64,000 nucleotides of DNA from the IMG/VR virus record IMGVR_UViG_3300032093_000042, positions 1-64,000 of that record. One strand, written 5' to 3'. A model generated the notes under the pieces. It saw only the letters and a list, made by a program, of their open reading frames with translations. It did no database searches and was not told the origin of the DNA. This document shows positions 24,369 through 32,425 of this stretch, piece by piece (the stretch's first letter is position 1; each line of letters starts with the position of its first letter). Both the position numbers and the translations under genes were made by a program. The DNA comes from a virus.

Positions 24369-24896
24369 ATGTACGATAATATTTTTGAAGGAACGTTTAA
24401 TAAACATAAACAATTAATGTTAGAATCATTAAATGTTAATGATAATAATTGGGAAGATAAAGTTAACTGGGATGTCATTGCTAACGATGTAGATTTTAAT
24501 AAAACTAAGCCGTTAACATCATTTTTTGGAATAACAGAAACAGATTTAAATACAAAAAAAGATCCTAGAAAAGTTAGTAATTATATAAATCATATAACAG
24601 ATAGATTTGAAAGAGATTTTAATAACTTACCTTTAAAAATAAAACAAACAAGCAAAGAATATTACGGTTTATTTTTACAAGATCCTACACTAGGAAAATT
24701 AAGATTTCATAGTTTAGCTCCTGGCTTAAAAGGATATGTAGCGATTAATGCGGGTAATCACGACGGTAAAACATATAGAAGTGTAGGAAAAGTTATTCAA
24801 GATCGTAAAGATCCAAATATACAACATATCAAATGGTTTTTTATAGGCGGACATGCTCAATATGACGATTTGATCAGTAGACTTCGTAAAAAGTAA
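24369..24896 (+). CDS. protein with C-terminal RelE/ParE-superfamily toxin-like domain
   Basis: LFLQDPTLGKLRFHSL...YVAI...YRSVG...IKWFFIGGHAQYDDLI resembles the RelE/ParE-like W.WIG.H..YD signature. Confidence 0.6.
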   Translation: MYDNIFEGTFNKHKQLMLESLNVNDNNWEDKVNWDVIANDVDFNKTKPLTSFFGITETDLNTKKDPRKVSNYINHITDRFERDFNNLPLKIKQTSKEYYGLFLQDPTLGKLRFHSLAPGLKGYVAINAGNHDGKTYRSVGKVIQDRKDPNIQHIKWFFIGGHAQYDDLISRLRKK

Positions 24897-24902
24897 TATA
24901 AC

Positions 24903-24976
24903 GCGGGTATGATGTAATGGTAGCCTGACGCACTTCCAATGCGTATGTGAGAATTCGATTTTCTCTACCCGCTCCA
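24903..24976 (+). tRNA. tRNA-Gly(UCC)
   Basis: loop CTTCCAA, U73, CCA. Confidence 0.92.
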
Positions 24977-25038
24977 ATTTTTTAAATCAATTAAAATAAA
25001 ATTGAACTTTCATTTGATTCTTACATATTTATGTATGT

Positions 25039-25722
25039 ATGAATAAAAAACGATCAAGTATTATATGGAAAATATCAGATGCTGAATTTACTAAATTGGT
25101 AAAAAATAGCAGAACGATGTCTGAATTGTTGAGACACTTTGGTATGGAAAATAAAGGTGGTAATTATAAAACTTGTAAAAAAAGAATTTTAAAATTAAAT
25201 CTTGATACCAATCATTTTCTAAAAAGAATAGATTCAAGTAATTTTACTAGAAAAGTCACAAAAAATATATTACTGGAACGATTAACTATTAATTCAAATT
25301 GTAATAGATCAAATTTAAAAAAATGGTTGGTTGAACATGATATCATAAAATATGAGTGTTCTAATTGTAAAAATGATGGTAATTGGTGTAATAAAAAATT
25401 AACTCTACAACTAGAACATAAAAATGGAATATCTAATGATAATAGAATTGTAAATTTAACATTTTTATGTCCTAACTGTCATAGTCAAACTAACACATAT
25501 GCTGGAAGATCATTAAATAAACATAAAATTAGACCGTCGGATATTAATCCTAATTGGAGAAGTAATCCTAAATATAATATCAGAAAAGTAACTAGACCAA
25601 CAAAAGAAATATTAGAACAAGAAATAAAGAATAATACTATGGTCGATTTAGGAAAAAAATATAATGTATCTGATAATGCTGTAAGAAAATGGTGTAAGAG
25701 TTATGGTATCGATATAAGTTAA
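25039..25722 (+). CDS. free-standing HNH homing endonuclease
   Basis: CSNC...LQLEHKNGISNDNRIVNLTFLCPNCHSQT, C-terminal HTH. Confidence 0.9.
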   Translation: MNKKRSSIIWKISDAEFTKLVKNSRTMSELLRHFGMENKGGNYKTCKKRILKLNLDTNHFLKRIDSSNFTRKVTKNILLERLTINSNCNRSNLKKWLVEHDIIKYECSNCKNDGNWCNKKLTLQLEHKNGISNDNRIVNLTFLCPNCHSQTNTYAGRSLNKHKIRPSDINPNWRSNPKYNIRKVTRPTKEILEQEIKNNTMVDLGKKYNVSDNAVRKWCKSYGIDIS

Positions 25723-25729
25723 TTTTAAC

Positions 25730-25804
25730 GGGGGATTAGTATAATGGCTATTATGTCTCGCTTTGAACGAGAAGAAGTTGGTTCGACTCCAGCATCCCCT
25801 GCCA
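25730..25804 (+). tRNA. tRNA-Gln(UUG)
   Basis: loop CTTTGAA, G73, CCA. Confidence 0.9.
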
Positions 25805-25811
25805 ATTTCAT

Positions 25812-25850
25812 CGGAATGTAATGTCAATAGTAGACGGCCTGGTTTGGAAC
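25812..25850 (+). pseudogene. 5' half of tRNA-Pro(UGG), truncated after the anticodon loop
   Basis: CGGAATG-TAATGTCAATAGTAGACGG-CCTGG-TTTGGAA-C; no 3' half found. Confidence 0.7.
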
Positions 25851-25897
25851 TTGAATCAAAAATAATCGTTTAGACTATACTAATACTATTTATTAGT

Positions 25898-26437
25898 ATG
25901 GATTATACAGACATCGTAAAACACTCAAAATCAAAAAGCGATTTTGCTAAAAATTTAGGATATAAATTTTATAACGGAAAAACAAGTGCGATTATAAATG
26001 GAATTGTTAAAGAACACAATCTTGATATATCACATTTTAAATCATCTGGTGGAGGTCATAACATAAAATATTCGTTTGTTGAGGAAAAATGCCCGTGTTG
26101 TAACAAAATGTTTACAACACAATCTGGGGGGAATAATAGAAAACAAACTTGTAGTCATGCTTGTTCTAATAAATTTTTTGCATCAAAAAGAGTAACAGAT
26201 GATAACATAAAACACTATACTACATTGTGTTTTAGACATCATAAAAAACAATGTATAATTTGTGGAGAACAAAATATAGTGGCTGTACATCATTTTGATG
26301 AGAACAGAAATAATAATGTTCCAGAAAATTTGATTCCAATGTGTCCGACACATCATCAATATTGGCACAGCAAATACAAACATTTAGTTTACGATAAAGT
26401 AGTAGAATACCGAAACACATTTTTAAAAAAGATTTGA
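25898..26437 (+). CDS. HNH endonuclease with Zn-finger
   Basis: CPCC..TCSHAC; CIICG...VHHFDENRNNNVPENLIPMCPTHH. Confidence 0.9.
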   Translation: MDYTDIVKHSKSKSDFAKNLGYKFYNGKTSAIINGIVKEHNLDISHFKSSGGGHNIKYSFVEEKCPCCNKMFTTQSGGNNRKQTCSHACSNKFFASKRVTDDNIKHYTTLCFRHHKKQCIICGEQNIVAVHHFDENRNNNVPENLIPMCPTHHQYWHSKYKHLVYDKVVEYRNTFLKKI

Positions 26438-26496
26438 CTATTTGTGTATAGAATTATAGCATGCTACCTATTAGCTGGTAGAGGAGACTGAAGTTG

Positions 26497-26537
26497 ACGA
26501 GATAGACATATGGAACAAAGTATAGTGAAATCCTCGT
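26497..26537 (+). ncRNA. junction motif RNA, copy E (minimal; inside a larger fold 26435-26557)
   Basis: ACGAG-ATAGAC-ATAT-GGAAC-AAAGTATA-GTGAAATC-CTCGT. Confidence 0.6.
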
Positions 26538-26612
26538 ATATTCGCAAGTCGTAGTCATCCAATTTGATTTTTAGTTTGACAAAAACTATATGTTAGTATA
26601 AATTCTTTTAAT

Positions 26613-26687
26613 GGGCTGTTGGTGATAGTGGTAGCACGGGAGCTTTGCAAGCTTTAGGGAAGAGTTCGATTCTCTTACGGTCCACCA
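26613..26687 (+). tRNA. tRNA-Ala(UGC)
   Basis: G3.U70, loop TTTGCAA, CCA. Confidence 0.92.
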
Positions 26688-26741
26688 TTTTAAATTAATG
26701 TTTGTTGAATATGTTCAACTATATATTAATGTTCAGAGAGC

Positions 26742-26815
26742 GCGGGTATGATGTAGTGGTAGCCTGCAACCTTGCCAAGGTCGATGTGCCGGTTCGATTC
26801 CGGCTACCCGCTCCA
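26742..26815 (+). tRNA. tRNA-Gly(GCC)
   Basis: loop TTGCCAA, CCA. Confidence 0.93.
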
Positions 26816-26831
26816 TATAAAATAATGTTTT

Positions 26832-27632
26832 ATGTACAAAGGTAAAAAAGTTATATTGACTACAACTGCTTGTAAAAGAATTAACTTATTAAGAGCTGCT
26901 ATTAAAAGTTTTGGCGTATTTTGTACAGATAAACACGTAATAGATGAAGTTCATTATTACGATGATTCTTCTACAAATGAAGAACGTAGTATTGCTATGG
27001 AATATTATAAGAATTATATTCCGGACAGGTTAATTAGTTATAGATTTTTTGAAAAGGAATCTTTTCCTGATAATTATAGACATGCTAGAATATTAAATTT
27101 TTGGAGACAAGGACTCATAAATTCGTCCGGTGATTATGTTTTTCATTTAGAAGATGATCATCAATTTTATAATATGTTTACCATTGGTGAAACTATTGAT
27201 ATTATGGAAGAAAATCCGGAATATGCATATATTGGATATAATCAAAGTTGGAAAAATTTTCCCGAAAATATGTTTCCGAAAAAAATAATAGGCAAATTTT
27301 GGGAAACTGTTTATTTTGACGATAGACCGATAAACGATCATTTATTTTTAGACGATGTAATGGCAATGCACACTGGATTAGATATATGGATGTATTATAT
27401 AAATTGGCCATATTTTTCTTTAAGACCAGGAGTACATAACGTTAATAAACTTTTATCTGTAGGAGAATTTTCTACAGAATACGATAGATCTAAAATTAGT
27501 GTAGAGTTAGAATTTGCTATACGTTGGAAAAACATGGGATATAAAAGTATGATGAGTAAATATTTTACCTCATTACATACTGGTCACAACGCTGAACTTA
27601 GTGCTTATAAGTTAAACAATTCAGCTAGATAA
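26832..27632 (+). CDS. GT-A fold glycosyltransferase
   Basis: TTTACKR.NLL, YDDSS, YVFHLEDD, FSLRPG, HTG. Confidence 0.7.
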   Translation: MYKGKKVILTTTACKRINLLRAAIKSFGVFCTDKHVIDEVHYYDDSSTNEERSIAMEYYKNYIPDRLISYRFFEKESFPDNYRHARILNFWRQGLINSSGDYVFHLEDDHQFYNMFTIGETIDIMEENPEYAYIGYNQSWKNFPENMFPKKIIGKFWETVYFDDRPINDHLFLDDVMAMHTGLDIWMYYINWPYFSLRPGVHNVNKLLSVGEFSTEYDRSKISVELEFAIRWKNMGYKSMMSKYFTSLHTGHNAELSAYKLNNSAR

Positions 27633-27638
27633 TTTTAT

Positions 27639-28021
27639 GGGCATGTACTGGTTTCGATTTAATAGTACATTAATGTTAGGCACGTAGAGGATGATAGTTG
27701 GCCTCTTTAAAACATCTATTACAACATTAACTGCTGAAGATAATGTAATCAGCTACGACTTCTCTTATGATGACGTAGCCGTTGCGGCCTAAGTTGTCGC
27801 GCCATCCTACACATTGAAGTCTGATATTTGTGTTGGGTGTAAATTATTGGACTGGATCAAATGTTTGATTTATGCAAATGATCGAGAAATTATTAAATCT
27901 TAAGGATAATATTTTTAGATATTTTTTATTATTACTTCCTAACAACTTAAAATATATAAACGTGTAGTCTGATATTGATTATCTATTAAAGACGGGAGTT
28001 CGACTCTCCCCATGTCCACCA
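27639..28021 (+). ncRNA. ssrA: tmRNA; tag (A)AEDNVISYDFSYDDVAVAA at 27733-27792
   Basis: GGGCATG/CATGTCC-ACCA with G3.U, GGTTTCGA, T arm GGGAGTTCGACTCTCC, TAACT resume context, tag ending VAA. Confidence 0.93.
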
Positions 28022-28060
28022 TTTTAGTGTAATAAATATATATTCATATATTTATAAGTA

Positions 28061-28474
28061 ATGAAGAAGTACAGTTTACTATACGAAGCTAGTAGCATAT
28101 ATGATTATTTAATATGGGAACCTACTGGTAGGTTACAATATATTGCAGATGAACTTGACAAATTTTCAAGTGATAGTAGTAAACTATATAGAGGTATGTC
28201 TGAAGCAGAATACAATATTTTAAATACTACTGGTAAAGTAACATCTAGAGGCACAGGTAATACTAGAAATATAATCGGCAGTTATTTATCTAGTGATTTT
28301 AAATTAGCGGCACGTTTTGCTTTAGTTAATTTCAGGAATAAAAATAACGGTATAATTGTAACTGTTGATAAAAGTAAGTTACCTGATTTGAAAAGTGTAG
28401 ATCCTGGAAATTATGTTACTACTTATATACCGAAGGAAGCCGTAACGCAAGTTTTAAATTTAAAAACATTATGA
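28061..28474 (+). CDS. ADP-ribosyltransferase-fold protein (putative)
   Basis: KLYRGMSEAEY...SYLSSDFKLAARFA...GIIVTV pattern. Confidence 0.5.
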   Translation: MKKYSLLYEASSIYDYLIWEPTGRLQYIADELDKFSSDSSKLYRGMSEAEYNILNTTGKVTSRGTGNTRNIIGSYLSSDFKLAARFALVNFRNKNNGIIVTVDKSKLPDLKSVDPGNYVTTYIPKEAVTQVLNLKTL

Positions 28475-28662
28475 GTAATATTAAATTAACAAAATCAGAA
28501 GCTGAGAAAAAAGTATATCAATTAACAGAAGATCTTTTACATGTTAAAAAGGATTTTAAAGATGTAGCCGCTGGCTATAAAGAACGTATGAAAGAAATTG
28601 AATCTGAAATTAAAGCTATTGTAGAAGAAGCTTCAATTGGAGATCCAACGAAAATTAACTAA
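28471..28662 (+). CDS. small coiled-coil protein
   Basis: ATGA overlap with the upstream gene. Confidence 0.65.
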   Translation: MSNIKLTKSEAEKKVYQLTEDLLHVKKDFKDVAAGYKERMKEIESEIKAIVEEASIGDPTKIN

Positions 28663-28665
28663 TAT

Positions 28666-28692
28666 AAAACCCGGTTTTACACCGGGTTTTAT
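28666..28692. terminator. bidirectional terminator
   Basis: AAAACCCGGT/ACCGGGTTTT between convergent genes. Confidence 0.8.
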
Positions 28693-28698
28693 TTTTTA

Positions 28699-28977
28699 TT
28701 ATTTTGATATTCGTCTAAACGTACCGTCTTTTAAGTTTAAACTTCCATCTCCATATTTTTGACTCAACGAATTTAAAATATTGACTTCTTGTTGTTGAAG
28801 TTTTTTCCAGTTGTCATATATCTCAGTACGTTTTTTAGTAATTTCGTCCAATTGAAGTTGTAAATCAGTTTTTTCTAAATCTAATTGACCGAGTGTATAA
28901 ATTGACTGTTGATAATCAGACTGTAATTTAGCTATTGATTGTATTTCTTCTTCTGTAAATTTTACGATATCGCTCAT
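28699..28977 (-). CDS. coiled-coil hypothetical protein
   Basis: KFTEEEI...LSQKYGDGSLNLKDGTF; the only credible minus-strand CDS. Confidence 0.75.
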   Translation of the reverse strand: MSDIVKFTEEEIQSIAKLQSDYQQSIYTLGQLDLEKTDLQLQLDEITKKRTEIYDNWKKLQQQEVNILNSLSQKYGDGSLNLKDGTFRRISK

Positions 28978-29322
28978 ATGTAGATATACATAGTTGTATA
29001 CAATAAAAGTTAGTTATTATAAATTAAAATTAAGATTGACATATGAGTTATTCTATGTATAATTTAGTTATAGTTCAAGACCGGTAATCTTGAATTTGTA
29101 AAAAAATACCGAGTAATAAACGAAAATATATTTGTAATATATGTTAACAAAAAAAGAACAAATAACAAAGTTTGCTGTTATTAGAAACGGTCTAAGAGTG
29201 TCTGAATTAGACTATTTGACTAAGGATGAAGCTAAAGTAGAATACGATCATTGGTCTAGCATTATCAAAAGATGGCCAGATGGTAGTAAACTTGAAATAG
29301 TTGAAGTGAAAGGTAAATAATT

Positions 29323-29535
29323 ATGGGGGTTAGAGAACAAATTAAACATTCAAATTCAAGACAAGAAATTGATGAATTACTAAAGTTAAGTAAAACATTT
29401 GAATTTGCGTCTCCGTTTACTAAACGTGCTTGGCTTTCAACTGCAAAAATTAGAATAACGCAGTTAGAAAGTAACGATTCTGCACAAGAACCTAAACAAC
29501 CGATCAAATCGGAAAAGAAAAAATCAAAACGTTAA
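29323..29535 (+). CDS. hypothetical protein
   Basis: ORF track. Confidence 0.6.
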   Translation: MGVREQIKHSNSRQEIDELLKLSKTFEFASPFTKRAWLSTAKIRITQLESNDSAQEPKQPIKSEKKKSKR

Positions 29536-29610
29536 GTTAAATACTTACATTTTTAGTAAAGACGTTATTATCATAACGTCTTTTTTATTTTTTTGATATT
29601 TATTAATTGA

Positions 29611-29964
29611 ATGACAGAATCATTTAAATCACTGACTTTGCCATCTGTTTATGATGAGATGGAACTCTTTATAAAGAATAACAAAGTTAAATTAACAGAA
29701 CAAATTGTTTCATCCGTACAGTACGCGCTTGATAATAATTATTCGTCTATTGAAGTCTTCAAATTTAAAGATACAGATTTTATTGTGATGTTAGAAAAAT
29801 CGTCATTTAAAGAAAATATCAATAATATTTTTAATTTTTATATAAAAACTGAAAAATATGAGTTTTGTGATCGGTTAGTGAGATTAAAAAAACAAATCGA
29901 AGAACATGAGCAAAAAAAACTTAAACGATACAAGTCCAAAAATTCATCAAAACCCAAAAATTAA
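29611..29964 (+). CDS. hypothetical protein (UVR-like C-terminus)
   Basis: FYIKTEKYEFCDRL. Confidence 0.6.
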   Translation: MTESFKSLTLPSVYDEMELFIKNNKVKLTEQIVSSVQYALDNNYSSIEVFKFKDTDFIVMLEKSSFKENINNIFNFYIKTEKYEFCDRLVRLKKQIEEHEQKKLKRYKSKNSSKPKN

Positions 29965-30622
29965 AGATGCTATTATAATAGATGATAGAGAATTAACAGA
30001 AAAGCAAAAAAATTTATTACAAATATTACAAGATAAAAATACAAAATGTGTATTCATATCTGGTCCGGCAGGTACATCCAAAACATTTACAAGTATATTG
30101 GCAGGACTGTATTTAATAAATCAAAAACGAGTAAGTGAGATTGTTTATGTACGTAGTATCGTTGAAAGCAGTGATAGTAAATTAGGATTTTTACCCGGAG
30201 AAATGGATGAAAAAATGAGTCCATACATTCAACCATTAATTGATAAATTAGAGGAGTTGTTATCAAAACATGATATTGATAAACTTAAAAAAGAAGAACG
30301 TATTCATGGGTTTCCTATAAACTTTCTACGTGGTTTGAGTTGGAACGCTAAATGTATTGTTGCGGATGAAGCACAAAACATGACTAAAAAAGAACTCGTT
30401 ACATTATTAACTAGAGTTGGCGAATTTAGTAAATTGTTTATATGTGGCGACCCAGATCAAAGTGATATTAATGGTAAAAGCGGATTTGTACCAATCATTA
30501 ATTTATTTGACGACGTTGAAAGTAAAAATAACGGCGTTTTTGTTTTTAGATTTGATGAAGAAGACATCGTAAGAAGTGGATTAGTTAAATTTATATTAAA
30601 AAAACTTAAAACTTTGTCATAA
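29906..30622 (+). CDS. phoH: PhoH-family ATPase
   Basis: GPAGTSKT, LGFLPG, FLRG, DEAQN, TRVGE..K..GDPDQSD, DIVRSGLV. Confidence 0.95.
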   Translation: MSKKNLNDTSPKIHQNPKIKDAIIIDDRELTEKQKNLLQILQDKNTKCVFISGPAGTSKTFTSILAGLYLINQKRVSEIVYVRSIVESSDSKLGFLPGEMDEKMSPYIQPLIDKLEELLSKHDIDKLKKEERIHGFPINFLRGLSWNAKCIVADEAQNMTKKELVTLLTRVGEFSKLFICGDPDQSDINGKSGFVPIINLFDDVESKNNGVFVFRFDEEDIVRSGLVKFILKKLKTLS

Positions 30623-30640
30623 TTATATTTATATATTATT

Positions 30641-32062
30641 ATGGCAGTATTATCTAATAACGGAAGATTAATTTCAAGTTTACCTATTGCACCGAGTATT
30701 ACCGGTACCGATGAACTATTAATTCAATCAAATGGAGTTACTCGTCGAATACAATATACAAATATATCCTCTAGTTTATTTTCTAGTTTAAGTTCGTATA
30801 CAGGATTAGTTAATTTATCTAACACAAATAACCAATTCACCGGAAGTTTTTACAATCCAACAGGTAAATCTTCTAATTTTTATACCGTTAGAGTTAGAGA
30901 TAATTTAACAGTTGATGGTAAAATTACAGGAAATTTAACGGGAAGTGTATATGATACAACCTTGAGTAAATTCATGGATGTTTATATACAACAAGAATTA
31001 ACTGCTTCAGATGCTAAGCTTATCAAAGCAAACATAACAGACGGTAAGATGGTTAGTGTTGAAATTGATGATTCTCCAATTGGCGGTACGACTCCAAATA
31101 CTATAGTTGGTACAACAATTACTGCAAGTACAGGATTTGCAGGTAATATAACTTCTACAGGCACAAGTACTTTTAGCAGTATAGATGTCAATGGTGGTGT
31201 TATAGACGGCACAGTAATAGGAGCTTCATCCGCAGCAGCTGTTACAGGAACAACAATAACGGCAAATACTGGATTTGTAGGTAATTTAACAGGAGATGTT
31301 TATAATTCAACATCAACAAAAGTATTGGAAAGTGGCAATACGACACCAACTATAAATGGCGGTGTCTCCTCAGCATTTTTCTACGGTACATCGTCTTATG
31401 CTACACAAGCACTCACAGCGGCATATGCAGCTGCAGGAGTAGGTAACGGATTGCCCGCAGGCGGAAGTACATATCAAGTATTAGCCAAAACATCAAATTC
31501 GGATTATCAAGTTACATGGACAAATCCAATTACAGCAAGTACCGTGGGAGTAGTAGATTACGTGGCTGTGTGGGATGGTGCTAGAACATTAAAAAATTTA
31601 AATAATTTTAGTTATTATGGAGGCACGTGGAATTTTTCTGTACCTGTGAGTGTAGGTGGCAGACTGACGAGTCAAACAATAACTGTTAGCGAATTACAAG
31701 GCGGCATTACCGGTTCTTTTGTAGGTTACTCAGACTCCGTAAATGTTACTGGTGGTAGTCAATATAAAAAAATAAGAGGTGATAGATACTCGTCTGTTAA
31801 ATTAAAACTAAGTGCCAGTGCTTATTGTACCATGTCTTTGTTGAAAGGACAAACAACCACTGTGTTTGTACATAATAGCGGCAAATTTAAAGTCTTAAAG
31901 TGGTCCGGAAGTTTAGACGGAGGTTCTACCGCAACTACAAAGGTTTATTGGAAAAATGGACTAAGCGCGTCTATCACTATGGCAACAGGAAGTAAAGATA
32001 TTATAACTTTCACAAATATTGACGATAAAATATTTGGTAGTGCAATAAATAATTTCCAATAA
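30641..32062 (+). CDS. tail fibre-like virion protein
   Basis: Gly/Thr/Ser-rich, GGVIDGTVIGA and GTTITA.TGF.GN repeats, GLPAGG..YQVLAK.SNSDY. Confidence 0.75.
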   Translation: MAVLSNNGRLISSLPIAPSITGTDELLIQSNGVTRRIQYTNISSSLFSSLSSYTGLVNLSNTNNQFTGSFYNPTGKSSNFYTVRVRDNLTVDGKITGNLTGSVYDTTLSKFMDVYIQQELTASDAKLIKANITDGKMVSVEIDDSPIGGTTPNTIVGTTITASTGFAGNITSTGTSTFSSIDVNGGVIDGTVIGASSAAAVTGTTITANTGFVGNLTGDVYNSTSTKVLESGNTTPTINGGVSSAFFYGTSSYATQALTAAYAAAGVGNGLPAGGSTYQVLAKTSNSDYQVTWTNPITASTVGVVDYVAVWDGARTLKNLNNFSYYGGTWNFSVPVSVGGRLTSQTITVSELQGGITGSFVGYSDSVNVTGGSQYKKIRGDRYSSVKLKLSASAYCTMSLLKGQTTTVFVHNSGKFKVLKWSGSLDGGSTATTKVYWKNGLSASITMATGSKDIITFTNIDDKIFGSAINNFQ

Positions 32063-32065
32063 TTT

Positions 32066-32392
32066 ATGAATTTCCCAACTTCATTTTGGAAAAATGTTGA
32101 TGATATACCTGGTGTAAATTATAAAATTTTTCAAACATATACTACTGTAAATGGACCTGTAATTGCGAACGGCGCTGTAGAAGCTTATTATGATTATACT
32201 TCGGCTAGTTCTGGTCCAGGAACTTTAAGAGCCGAGTTTAATAACGTAGGATATAGCTTGCCGCCATTAGGGAGTTCGGCACTTATTACATGCTGTTTAC
32301 CATTTGACTCGACTGGTTTTACGATTGTAGTCGGAGAAGGAGTTCCTGGTAGTAGTCCGGGCACACCAACAAATTCCGGTGTAAATTGTTAA
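32066..32392 (+). CDS. hypothetical virion-associated protein
   Basis: position within the fibre cluster. Confidence 0.55.
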   Translation: MNFPTSFWKNVDDIPGVNYKIFQTYTTVNGPVIANGAVEAYYDYTSASSGPGTLRAEFNNVGYSLPPLGSSALITCCLPFDSTGFTIVVGEGVPGSSPGTPTNSGVNC

Positions 32393-32425
32393 CTTTAAAA
32401 TTTCAAAAATATATACTTATATTAT

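Noticed and set aside
25812-26570. Group I intron with HNH ORF splitting tRNA-Pro
   Set aside because: No 3' exon (anticodon stem 3' strand, T arm, CATTCCG) and no recognisable P7 core downstream
15338-26815. Stop-codon reassignment or suppressor tRNAs
   Set aside because: No CUA, UUA or UCA anticodon found, and long genes are intact under the standard code
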